A stretch of 64,000 nucleotides of DNA from a virus: positions 4,833 to 68,832 of the IMG/VR virus record IMGVR_UViG_3300030098_006784. One strand, written 5' to 3'. Shown here in pieces: positions 38,001-46,402 of this stretch; the first letter of the stretch is position 1, and every line of letters begins with the position of its first letter. Position numbers and translations under genes: made by a program. The notes beneath the pieces were generated by a model. It was not told the origin of the DNA. It was given only the letters and a program-made list of their open reading frames with translations, and did not search any database.

Positions 38001-41000
38001 CCTCGAAGAGATTGTCGTAGACCACGCTGTCGTAGCCTTGAGAGGCGAAGTGCTCACGCGCGGCGTCGCCCAACTCGCGAAGCACGTCACTCGCAAGTTT
38101 TCCGTCCTCCGACATTGCACGAGCGACGTCGATCGCCTCGGCGTTCACTTCGCGACGGTAGGCGTCGTCTGACTCATACCGGGCAAAGTACGCGTCGATA
38201 TCCCGATCGTACAACTCGGAGATCGGAAGACGGCGCATCGTCTCTTCAAGAAGCGCGTCGTCGCTGAGGCGACCTACCCGAAGAATAGTGTCCAGAAGCT
38301 CGCGCTCTTCCATGCGGATGGGATTCCGCAACCGGATGTAGGCGGGGTAGACCGTCCCCTCAGCGCCTTCTGTCCGCGCCAATCGTTGCCGGCTACGAAG
38401 CCAGCCTGGCGCGCCCACGCCGGCAAACTTCTGCGCCGTCTGCGGCGTGCCGAAGTGCGCCCCCATGTAGGCGTTGGGGTCTCCGCTGCCCAGCTGAGGC
38501 ACCGGGTCGCCGTATTCGTCGAGCTTTACCGGCGGGCCTTCGACCGAAAACGCTTCAATGTCTGGCGCATAGGTCCCATGGTACGCCTCCACCACAGCGC
38601 CGCCTTCGGGGATCTCCTCGCCCGCCTTAATGACAGGGAGGTCGCCCGACCACCGCTTGAAAAACGGAGACTCGACACCCTGCTCTTCCCAGAGGCGACG
38701 AGCTTCAGCGAGCTCGTCTGCTTGAGCTCCTGCTGTTGCCGCTGCGTCGGCCGCCTCTTCAGCGGCCTCGCCCTTTCTCCACGCCAGCTTGCCGCCAGGG
38801 GCGATTCGCGACCCGTCGCGAACGCCGAAGCCGTCCATGATTACATCCGTGCGACCCCCCGTCGCGGTAGCGGGATGTCCCTCCCAGACCTCAACGATCT
38901 CGGTGGTAGAGATTGGTTCTCTTATGCCAACCTCATGCTCTGCGGTTCCTTCTACCCTTACACCAGGACGCCTTCTCACGGCGATCACAACAGCAGGTTT
39001 GTCTGGAGTTGCCTTGAACTGCACGGGGGCAAATGAACTGGCGTAGTAAGAAGCCGAGCCTGCGTCCGAGCTGTAGTACGTTAGCCCTTCTTGTTCAGGG
39101 CCAAGGTTGTACTCACCGATAGACTGAATCTGTCCTGAGCGCTGGGCTGCCTGCCACTCTTCCCAAGACATCCCCCGATACATCAGGGTGTCATCCGTAG
39201 GGACCTCATCAAGCCAGCCTGGCTTTAGTTCAAAGCTGTAATCAACCCCGTAGGGCCCCTCGTCCCGTACAGGCTCTACGATTTCAGGATCATATGCGTA
39301 TCCGGGCCTATCCCACTCACGGCCTGTGTTCGGGTCACGGGTGATGTTTTGCACTCGCGGCCAATCTTCTGTCCCCTTCAGGGTGTACTCAAAGAAGTGC
39401 CTCTGTGCCCTCTCATCGAGCCCAAGATCCTTCACATTAAAGCGACCAGACTCGGCTATCGACTGAAGGTTTGGAGCCTTCCCCTCAAACTTCTCTAATA
39501 CAGCCTCGAGCTCCTCGGGCACAACGCGCTCAGCTACCTCTTCACCCCGAGACATCAGGGGGCGGCCCTTCGGCAAGTCGCCAACGTAGAGGACGTAACC
39601 CTCAGCCTGTCCAGTCGGGATGATCTTGGACGGGTCGAGGGAGGCGGTGTCCACCTCAATCGCCCTGGCGGTCTTCGAAACGGGCTCGTCGGAAAGCCAC
39701 ACCACAGGGGACTCGGGGTCGAACCCAGCATCCTTGAGATCGGCCTTCAGGGCGGCAGTCTCGGAAGCCCGCGCAAGCGATGCCGAGAGGGGTCGGGCGA
39801 CCGCGCCGCTGCCGTCTGGCGGAACGTGGTAGAGGCGCGGAGGGAGGCTGACTTCGCCAATCGGGGTGTCCACGACGACGCGCTCAGCTGCCTCTTCCGC
39901 GAGCTCGAGGGGACGCTCGTCAACCGGGACGTCCGTACGCGCCTGCTTCCGAAGCATCGACGACGCTACATCTGCGATGACATCGGGACCGTAGAGAAGC
40001 GGGTTGAACTCCGCAAAAGTTTCCGGCGACTGCAGAACGTCCTCGGCGAACTCGTTCGCGTAGGTTTTCGGGTCGTCGAGTTTGGTCAGGAAACGAGTTT
40101 GCAGATAGCGCTGCGCCGCATCTTCGTCGAGTTCGAGTCCCTGAAAGTAATAGTACCCAGGGTTCAGAGGGTCGTCCTTAAACGCCGCGGTAAACTTCGG
40201 GTAGCTGACCCCCTTCGTCCACTCTTCGGGGCCGATACCGCCGAACTCGTCCGCTACGAGCGCTTCGTAGTCTTCATAAGTGAAGTTGTCGGGGATCTCT
40301 TTCGCCGCTTTGGCCTTGTCGATCGCGTCCGAGACAACAAGCTTGCGTACGTCGGCAAACTGATCCGCCAGGTCGAACGCCGTGGTCTCCATCGCAGGGT
40401 CCAGACGATAAAGCGCGGCGCTAATCCCGCGCGTGTCGACCCCGCCGTACCGAGAGCGCGGAAGCCTCGCCTGTAACGAGGGGCTCAAGTCACGCACCAA
40501 ATCGTTGAACCGCCAACTGGAGAGGTCTCCCTCTTCTGCGCGGCCCTTAAACCGATCCACCTCACGCGAAAGATTGGTGCTGTCGTACTCAACGTCGACG
40601 ATCGTTTCTGCAGCGCGCTCGAGGTAGCTCTGCAACTCCAGCGTTTGCGCCTTCACGAGGAAGTCGTCGAACTCCGCCTTCTCCGCCTTGAACACGTCCG
40701 TGCGCTTCAGTACCGACAAGATCGGATCGTCGATGACCTCAAGCAGTTCGAGCGCCATCTCCTGAGTATCTGGGTTCGCCAGCAACTCCAAGAGCTTACG
40801 CGTCTGCGCAGGCAGCGTGTCGTTCCACTCTGTCTTCGCGAAGTCGAGCGGCTGGTCGAACCGCTTGAAACGGTTCTTGCCGCCGACACCGTTTCCGCGG
40901 TCCGTCTCCGCAGCGAACCGGTCGATCGAATCGTAGTCCACCTCAGCCAGGTTGAACTCTGGCTTGAACGTGTCGACGACATCTCGAAGGTCGACACGAG

Positions 41001-44000
41001 ACGGGTCGAAAAAGCGTCCGATGCCCCTGGGCGCAAGCAAGTCCAGCGCCACCGCTTCAGGAACACGCCGGAAGAACTCGCCGACAGTCAACCCAGCTAC
41101 GCGACTGTTTTCCAGGTACGGGATGATGCTGTTGCGCGCGTATGAAGACGCCAGCTTCTCGCCCGCCAACGGCTGCGAAGACGACCGCAGGGCTTGAAGC
41201 AACGTCTCGTCGGTTTGCCGAGGGCCGGAGCCCATACGAGACAGCACAACAGCGGACAAGCCCTGCTGTAAAGCGTCCCGCGCGAACTCGTAGAGCACGA
41301 TGCTCTTCACAGCGTTTCCGTACTCCGGGTCAACCACCTCAGCGAGCTCAAGCGCCTGCTCGAGCGTCTCCAACGCTGTTTCGGGGGCGATGTCGTAGCT
41401 CGGAGTCGCCAGGTCGATAAGCTTTCGGACCGTCGGGGGAAACGCGTCGCTGACCTTTGCGAAGTCAGTCACGCCCTCGTTAGCCGCAAACCACGCGGAC
41501 AAGTCGACATCAAGGTCGACTGCGGGAGCGCCATCTGCGAGAAGCTTCTGCGGGAGCAAGCCATCGGCGGCCAGGCGATCCAGCTCTGCCCGCGGCAAGA
41601 ACACCTTGCCCTGCGTAGGATCTGCAACGTCGTCGACGGCGTACAGCACCATTCCGCCGTACACGATCCGTTTACGCAAGTTAATGTCGGGCTGCTCCAT
41701 GTCTCGGAGCTTCCGAAGAACCATCTTTTGCCGGTTCTTCCGCTTGCGAGACGTCGCCCGCAAATGACGCTCGCTGTAATCAAACAACGCGAAGATGCTC
41801 TCGCCCAAATCATCCAGGTTGGAGAACTCGCCCGCTGCGACAGCCTCGGCCATCTCCTCCGGGGTGTTGTACGCCGCACGCTTCCGCGCCCGCAGATCGT
41901 CGATCATGTCTTGCGCAGACGCGATTTTAGACGCGAACGGGTTGGCGGACACCTCACCGATCAAGCGTACGACCGCGTCGAACTCAGCTGTCGGGAACAT
42001 CTGCCGCAGATCGCCCTCAATCTGCTCGAGTGCGCTAACGTTCTTATCGCGCAGCATGGCAGCACGCTCGCTGCCCACCTGGGGCAGAACGTCTTCTTTC
42101 CGGGTGATTCCGGCGTTCTCGAGCGCGCGCAGGATGACGTCCCCGTCGTACCCGTACTTCTCAGTAAGCTCCCTCAGAGAGTAGTCGTCGCGGTCCCGAA
42201 CCAGATCAGCCCACCACTCCTTGCCTCGGAGCTCAGCAACCCGCTGCTCAAACGTCTCTGCTTTTGGTGCCAGCTCACGCGCAGTGCCGTGTTGAATCAC
42301 CGTCCTGTCAGTGAGGGAACGACCCAAAGACGTGTCCGCTTCGACAGGATCGAGAGCACTCCACTGCACGCCAGGGAAGTTGCCGTCCCTCGCCATCTCG
42401 TCCAGGGTTTTTCTCGACCGACGCTGACTAAAACGAGGATCATCGCGATCTTTGAAGACAACCGTCCCGCGATCTACCTTTTGAATGTAGAGATTCGGAC
42501 GCTCTTCAATCGCCTTCAGGATGTCTCGGTGGGCCTTCTTCTTCGGCTTCTTCCTCGGCGGCTCTACCGTCGGCTCCACCGCCTTTACTGCCGGCGCCGC
42601 TACCTCTTCAGGCGCCCGTCCGGTTTTGCGCTCAAGCACAGGAGTCAGCGCTTCTTCGTATCCGGCAACCTGCTTGGCCTGCGTGTAGTCCCGCAAGTTC
42701 TCCGGCAGGTCCGCCTCTACCTTGCGGAAGATCTCTCCCGCACCCGCCAACACCGCGGTCAGGGCGGAGACTTCTTCCTCCGTCTCCAACCCGAGCGCCA
42801 GCGCGATCTTGCCGACAAAAGCGTCCCACACCGTACGCAGGCGCAGACGAAGACTCTGCGAAAGCGTCACCACCTCGTCGGCCAACCCCAGGTCGCGCAA
42901 CGTGATGTTCTTCATCAACTCCATCGCTTGGGGGTCAGTCAAAGCGTAGGTGAGCAGCTCGGGCACATGACCCCGACCCTGCCGCATAAACGGCGAACTG
43001 ACCGTCTTCTTGACGCCAGGAAGCAAAGGAGCTTCAGGGTCCACCTCATCGAGGAACGTGAAGTAGCGCTGGATCAGCGCCGCCATCTCAAAAGCTTCTA
43101 CGTCCGTCGGGTCTTTCTCGAAACGCCGCTCGTACTTGCGCAACAGCCCCGGCGCCTGTTCCAGGAACGCATCCCCGATGCGTCGTACCGCGCCGACCGT
43201 TTCGTCGACATCCGCCTTACCCAGCTGGCTATAGATCCAGTTTGAAGTCACCGCATGGATCAGTTCATGCGCGAGAACTCCTTCGCGAATGCCTGTGTAG
43301 TCGGGGTCAGGAAACCTCGCCGCGACAATGACCGCGTTCTCTGTCGGGCTGTACAGGCCGTAAAACGTCGCTCCAGTAGAAGTCTTAGGCGGCCTGCCTT
43401 CGCCGCTCACGAACTTCACCACGATGCTCGACTTCTCGAGCAACGGCACGATTCGGTCCATGACGAGGCGGATATGCGCCTGCGCGGCGTTGTCCCTCAA
43501 CCACTGAGCCACATCGTACGCGCGCATCTCTCGCACGTCGGTAAAGGTCTGCTGCGCTTCAAAGCTCTCAGACCACGGCTTTCCTTCGGTCGTCTGCGGG
43601 ATGAGGTTGTTGTACAGCTCCCGAGGGGACCGTCCACGAGTCAGCGTGTCGACGTCCAGAAGCCCGCTACCCAAGTCCGGTACGTCAGGCAGGTCAGGCG
43701 CGACGGGAATGTCCGTGTCCGCGCGCGGGGTAGCCGCCGCAGGAACAGGAGTCGGCGCCGGAGTAGGACTTGGCGCGAGCGGCGTCGGCGCCGGAGCTCC
43801 AGGCGTCGGAGCCGCAGCACCTGGCGCAGGAGCTCCAGGAGTTGGGGTTCCAGGAGTCGGTGCCGGACCCGTCGGCGGCGGAGCGCCCGCGGTACCCGGC
43901 GGTTGTTGCGCCTGTCGACGCTCGATGCCTTTGAGTATGTCAGTCCAGAAGCGATCAGGATCGAAGTTGGCCTCCGACGCCTTCGCCGCTGCCGCTGCCT

Positions 44001-46359
44001 GAACCCGCAAGGCGATGGTTGCCACGTCGACACGGCTCAAGTTTGGCGCGACTTTTTGTACGTCGTTGACGAACTTGAGCGCGCGCTCACTCAACTCGGG
44101 GAGATCCTGCACCTTACGGACAAGAGCGGGCAGCAGGGGCTTCTTGAGCCGGCGGAAGATGCCCAACGTCATATCGCGCAACAAGGCGGCAGACGCTGCA
44201 CGACTCTCGTTGGCCAGCAGAGCGGTCTCTCGTGCGCGAGTCAGGCTCTTCTTGTACTTGTCAAAGTTCGCGTCCAGGCGACCTGCGCGCGCGTCCGCAA
44301 CAACCTTCGCCGTATCTTTCTGGAAAGTGTTGAGGTACCGGACCGTGTCCGCCTCAAGCGGGTTGCCGCCCATCTGAGAAACCAGCGCATCCGCCTGACG
44401 ACGCCACTCCGTCGGATCAGTCAGCGCAAGACGCAAACTTTGAGGAGCCGCAGACCACTGGTTCAATCGCAGCGGATCGGTTATATTAGGGATGCTGCCG
44501 AGGTCTCCCCGAGACTGAGCTGTAGCAGCAAGAACTTCGCGACCCAGCAGACCAACGTCCTTGGCCTCAGCGGCTTGGTACGTCTTGTCGATACGGTCGA
44601 GTACCGCCTCCGTGTTGTACGCCTGGTCGAGGTACTCTCGTTTTTCGACGCGACGATCGGAGATCGAGAACGCCTTGCGACGCATCGACGGGTGCGCCTG
44701 GACAAGGTCGATGCCCTCTTCCAGGGGCAGCTCGTCCGCTGCCTTCTTCGCCGGAGCGTAGAGCATCTCCGGGTTGTCTCGCGCGTAGCCTCGAGCTACT
44801 GAAGCGTCGTACTCGTCCAGCACCTGCGCGACGTTCGGGTACTTCTGACGGAGAAGCGACTCCGCCTCAAGCGCCTCGGCCCAGTTCCCCGCGGCACGCG
44901 CCGTCGCGACGGTTTCGAGCGCCTTCGCTGCCCGCAGGTCGCTGCCTGCGCGAACCAACTTGCTGGTCGTCGTGATCGCCGCACCCATAGCGTTGGTGAG
45001 GTCGGGCGTGAGAATGGTCGCCAAAAAACCAAGAGCGAACAGGGTGGTGCCCGCCGCGTAGGTCTTGAGGTCGGCTTCCTGGTCTTCGCGGAAGGCAGCT
45101 TGGATCGACTCCTGTACCGGAGCCGACTCCAGCGCTGGGTGTAGCGCAACACGGCGCTGCTGGATGCCTTCGACGCCTCCCTGCGCCAGACCGCTGAGCC
45201 CCATCTCGCCGACTGTGCTCGGCAAGTCCATGACGCCGCGTCCTGCGGCGGCTTGCTGACGCCACAGCTCTTCACCGGCACCAACCGCAAAGCTTTGCGG
45301 CGTGTCCAGCAGGTCGAAGAAGTACTTCAACGCGCTGTCCTGGCGCACGATGATCTCGCCTCGGCTGTTGAAGCCGATGAGCTCAACGTTCGGCTTCAGC
45401 GCATCCTTCAGTCGCGTCTTGCCCGGCTCGGGCACGATGACCTGGCCGGTATCGTCGAAGTCGATCTGAAGGTAGACCGGCGCGGTCCACAGACCTGCCG
45501 TCTTGAACGCGGCGATCTCCTTCAGCCAGGTGTTGACGTTCTTCTTGTAGAAGTCCTCGTACTCTTTGGTCCCGGCGCCAAGACCCCGACGCTGACGTTC
45601 CTGCTCGGCACGGTACCCGAGATAGTCGTTGTGTCCGCCTTCGGTCGCGCTGTACTTCTGAATCTCCTTTGTCGCGTCCTCGCCCTGGAGATCGAACACC
45701 GTCTTCGACAGGGCTACACTGTCGGCGTGCGCTCGCGTGCCGGCGGCGGCGAGTGTGTCCGGCTTGTCTTCCAGACCGAGGACGTCCAGCGCCGTACGGT
45801 CGGCGACGTCGACATACCCCTTGAGCGAAGACCTGTCCGCGTACGGAGTCTCTCCCGCCGCTTCCTGTCGAAAGGCGCCAACCGCTTGGATGATCTCGCC
45901 TTCAATCAGCGTGTCGCGATCGGGATCTTCACGGTCCCGGAGGAACGGACTTTGTGTCGCCGCGCTCTTGCGCACGTCTCGAGGAGATTTTCCTTCGACG
46001 CCTACCTGGCGCAGGAGATCGTCGAGCGGAACTTCCAGTCGAGCCGCCTCAGCGCGGTACTCTTCCGGCGACATCCCCACTTGGCGAGCGTGGTACGGAA
46101 GCACCTCAGGAAGAGAAGTTGGCGGCGAAAGACCCTGAGTCTCTGGGAACGGGTCTACAGTAGGGTCAACACCCAACGTCAACGCGCGCGTTCGGGCGTC
46201 CTGCGTAGTGCGCAAGAGCTCGTTGACCCGCAAAGCGTCGAACTGCTTCTTGGAGTCATCCGCAATTGCCGTGATGTCTTCGCGCTTCGGCGCGGGAGGA
46301 CGGTCCCCCTTAGGTTCAGGGGGATCGATAACCAAAGGTGTCGTCGTCTCGTCGGCCAC
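32002..46359 (-). CDS. Giant internal virion (ejection) polyvalent protein, 4785 aa, with zincin and ART-like domains
   Basis: Last gene of the internal-virion block; HELIH (43255-43269) and HELLH (36346-36360); YHGT..GYDSVV..YIVFEPEQVKS; YRG..YYS..EHE; further ART-like units. Confidence 0.85.
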   Translation of the reverse strand: MADETTTPLVIDPPEPKGDRPPAPKREDITAIADDSKKQFDALRVNELLRTTQDARTRALTLGVDPTVDPFPETQGLSPPTSLPEVLPYHARQVGMSPEEYRAEAARLEVPLDDLLRQVGVEGKSPRDVRKSAATQSPFLRDREDPDRDTLIEGEIIQAVGAFRQEAAGETPYADRSSLKGYVDVADRTALDVLGLEDKPDTLAAAGTRAHADSVALSKTVFDLQGEDATKEIQKYSATEGGHNDYLGYRAEQERQRRGLGAGTKEYEDFYKKNVNTWLKEIAAFKTAGLWTAPVYLQIDFDDTGQVIVPEPGKTRLKDALKPNVELIGFNSRGEIIVRQDSALKYFFDLLDTPQSFAVGAGEELWRQQAAAGRGVMDLPSTVGEMGLSGLAQGGVEGIQQRRVALHPALESAPVQESIQAAFREDQEADLKTYAAGTTLFALGFLATILTPDLTNAMGAAITTTSKLVRAGSDLRAAKALETVATARAAGNWAEALEAESLLRQKYPNVAQVLDEYDASVARGYARDNPEMLYAPAKKAADELPLEEGIDLVQAHPSMRRKAFSISDRRVEKREYLDQAYNTEAVLDRIDKTYQAAEAKDVGLLGREVLAATAQSRGDLGSIPNITDPLRLNQWSAAPQSLRLALTDPTEWRRQADALVSQMGGNPLEADTVRYLNTFQKDTAKVVADARAGRLDANFDKYKKSLTRARETALLANESRAASAALLRDMTLGIFRRLKKPLLPALVRKVQDLPELSERALKFVNDVQKVAPNLSRVDVATIALRVQAAAAAKASEANFDPDRFWTDILKGIERRQAQQPPGTAGAPPPTGPAPTPGTPTPGAPAPGAAAPTPGAPAPTPLAPSPTPAPTPVPAAATPRADTDIPVAPDLPDVPDLGSGLLDVDTLTRGRSPRELYNNLIPQTTEGKPWSESFEAQQTFTDVREMRAYDVAQWLRDNAAQAHIRLVMDRIVPLLEKSSIVVKFVSGEGRPPKTSTGATFYGLYSPTENAVIVAARFPDPDYTGIREGVLAHELIHAVTSNWIYSQLGKADVDETVGAVRRIGDAFLEQAPGLLRKYERRFEKDPTDVEAFEMAALIQRYFTFLDEVDPEAPLLPGVKKTVSSPFMRQGRGHVPELLTYALTDPQAMELMKNITLRDLGLADEVVTLSQSLRLRLRTVWDAFVGKIALALGLETEEEVSALTAVLAGAGEIFRKVEADLPENLRDYTQAKQVAGYEEALTPVLERKTGRAPEEVAAPAVKAVEPTVEPPRKKPKKKAHRDILKAIEERPNLYIQKVDRGTVVFKDRDDPRFSQRRSRKTLDEMARDGNFPGVQWSALDPVEADTSLGRSLTDRTVIQHGTARELAPKAETFEQRVAELRGKEWWADLVRDRDDYSLRELTEKYGYDGDVILRALENAGITRKEDVLPQVGSERAAMLRDKNVSALEQIEGDLRQMFPTAEFDAVVRLIGEVSANPFASKIASAQDMIDDLRARKRAAYNTPEEMAEAVAAGEFSNLDDLGESIFALFDYSERHLRATSRKRKNRQKMVLRKLRDMEQPDINLRKRIVYGGMVLYAVDDVADPTQGKVFLPRAELDRLAADGLLPQKLLADGAPAVDLDVDLSAWFAANEGVTDFAKVSDAFPPTVRKLIDLATPSYDIAPETALETLEQALELAEVVDPEYGNAVKSIVLYEFARDALQQGLSAVVLSRMGSGPRQTDETLLQALRSSSQPLAGEKLASSYARNSIIPYLENSRVAGLTVGEFFRRVPEAVALDLLAPRGIGRFFDPSRVDLRDVVDTFKPEFNLAEVDYDSIDRFAAETDRGNGVGGKNRFKRFDQPLDFAKTEWNDTLPAQTRKLLELLANPDTQEMALELLEVIDDPILSVLKRTDVFKAEKAEFDDFLVKAQTLELQSYLERAAETIVDVEYDSTNLSREVDRFKGRAEEGDLSSWRFNDLVRDLSPSLQARLPRSRYGGVDTRGISAALYRLDPAMETTAFDLADQFADVRKLVVSDAIDKAKAAKEIPDNFTYEDYEALVADEFGGIGPEEWTKGVSYPKFTAAFKDDPLNPGYYYFQGLELDEDAAQRYLQTRFLTKLDDPKTYANEFAEDVLQSPETFAEFNPLLYGPDVIADVASSMLRKQARTDVPVDERPLELAEEAAERVVVDTPIGEVSLPPRLYHVPPDGSGAVARPLSASLARASETAALKADLKDAGFDPESPVVWLSDEPVSKTARAIEVDTASLDPSKIIPTGQAEGYVLYVGDLPKGRPLMSRGEEVAERVVPEELEAVLEKFEGKAPNLQSIAESGRFNVKDLGLDERAQRHFFEYTLKGTEDWPRVQNITRDPNTGREWDRPGYAYDPEIVEPVRDEGPYGVDYSFELKPGWLDEVPTDDTLMYRGMSWEEWQAAQRSGQIQSIGEYNLGPEQEGLTYYSSDAGSASYYASSFAPVQFKATPDKPAVVIAVRRRPGVRVEGTAEHEVGIREPISTTEIVEVWEGHPATATGGRTDVIMDGFGVRDGSRIAPGGKLAWRKGEAAEEAADAAATAGAQADELAEARRLWEEQGVESPFFKRWSGDLPVIKAGEEIPEGGAVVEAYHGTYAPDIEAFSVEGPPVKLDEYGDPVPQLGSGDPNAYMGAHFGTPQTAQKFAGVGAPGWLRSRQRLARTEGAEGTVYPAYIRLRNPIRMEERELLDTILRVGRLSDDALLEETMRRLPISELYDRDIDAYFARYESDDAYRREVNAEAIDVARAMSEDGKLASDVLRELGDAAREHFASQGYDSVVYDNLFEGGGDSYIVFEPEQVKSVLNRGTFDPADERILYSRADENLLVQHNLTASNLRSVLGLGGLAAPSLAVSRVEYPLTGFGEISLLGDSRLISEPGTRVFDADVYSPRWPENEFKVNARAAKAWSDNELAPYTRRTGEVGYGSPSDVERAAQEGKFASGTRELSRLAGMRLKYVEEVLGQPLRGETGADFRRQLDPIIEDSEGGVAAYEAWVQGQLNTLRGARQIVRRTDSGRVIRTPYTLSNIVRELTRNVRGGEGFSYGLGDKRALGAKQFSGLDEVKAARDRVVPEEEMTAVKDALNQRVFDLAERSQVESRKVDNLFDLIGESYKRSRGVKAAIEEEFAPFGLFVNETDEWIGEVQQLADDLVNASTGYFEGKPSRAVQLSEFRAAVVPNDLPDDLRVALDKAGVEVVEYDRRVEGDRQAKIAATAAQQKILFQAGGTPPDVGLGAVTADGLDLFVRENVSGLLAADFIFRNADNADYRNLARQIMPFLDGVEVRSVGPDDAVPEFASIIVDGTARGFARATPEGPVTIWLRGSRDRLSGLNAETLLHELLHAATMRRLAEGELPANADTAIGRAAAELEALTQQVIPEWKKATGIGPKELNADELLAWGLTNQAFQDFLDGIKVADGKSLFDRFVDVILKLIGLPEPEKTALTELIRLKDDILQVPLEDLNARMWTAKWQAMEPRQPADPAAVLPPLPPASGIDVQFLDDGRALLEAFGTPTIDDLARAVGVVLRRGLDEEGLDTMLDYVQAQGVRVGRRGAVFTGPPAEVAKAEDLAASALAAHLRTQRPAVLPLQGPLQRMSRLLTQVYQTIVGSPSSPQRPIVTPEVDAVFRKLLAAEPERPLMPRMLERFKRGLQTPAGGERTEVSSVQEVARQARRLGVTILTGSRTGVVSEQPATVENILRELRRNGVVEFSENVLPQRLELGYTPNRPGVRGMEPYALTFEDFGQLQRNLGDEALLARSRQDPLISTGSVAQMVEEEDPIEAAFNTVTGKSKVLQWTLNSLFGGDATFDLRAMPPEVRKIILGGERFVEQTIGDISRLISDRDLEAVHRYLAGEVVSYQTGRAATTSGTPLLSNAFGVVERWCDRMPLERRNGLQRFADLVQTDSRRYIARGPTDDYAKDLDKILKETFDQSGFPELLRQLIEVMDKTKTDRRVPETLQEQQVLEAVLFYSGIVTREGQSLPTTMLERSRAFFSEVESIYDIQTALRVMTTFAVHGAAEDVRHVWVRRGIALDADMVRALKQWALGMEINPEYAPAVKAAQQRFGLNAELIFEPALSDSLHLPMQARKRLSEAVARSRRRTTPEERQLEMTPGMAEEDLTGLPSIGYRYLKTALTRGAFVLRQRYFFMNTIDHFTQLAMTVGFRPAAASWARVALLNLSVFPGIHRALWLIAKAGADKGFVPADLVERFRKAVQAGGDRAGYLMGRMLGNARWRIEVNPILDGASGSFIVGDKVYNYRDLRRIAIEEAIFSSFDARVLENTIRDSIEDVADQMAAGQLAHRKRAVRTLLNEITKHTTEMAEAWSERERLGAMITLMESGLEPRIAAQLVVKGLYDYAGSVSRGDRALWVNLLFPFWAFQKNANRQVVANMFSAGGAYRMGVIRRTQKYGAEALTEFLYGSVADPYGVDVDNLPDDIKESYYALRSAIEFGYGPIDQLDDELRERLEDAYGPLELVDEQTRNFIENGYGGPENVPDDMRQAMYMIFSDQSVMVEQGKIIELNEVLMRLQKQHRYSMAPFAVRRPSPTDRAEYTRTRTGVAFPAARTEAVQRYYSIVAAENPDSYPYLEIYLPESTIDAGFRHVGNMVAVYVLAGQVLASPVTEETNIDYTLMPAMRNALTEVVDPESAPIPGAVAASAGWAEGGAPARVHPSLVPTIMYFFPDMMITVEGTSDPFDPDPVKEDRYYLPPGIASRSFITSPVGEFNRMLMSEVPPGVPLGPESGEPLLEAMGTQGAAVEWASALLGVQYAVVDPAKSARSAEPRRPDSTTLPP

Positions 46360-46402
46360 GGGGAGAGTCTACTCGCTAAGAGCGTCTCCGTCGAGCCGCG
46401 CC

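Noticed and set aside
32002-46359. Virion RNA polymerase in the giant protein (N4- or crAss-like)
   Set aside because: No DxDGD or T7-type polymerase motifs found (IDFDDTG does not fit); promoters are sigma70-like
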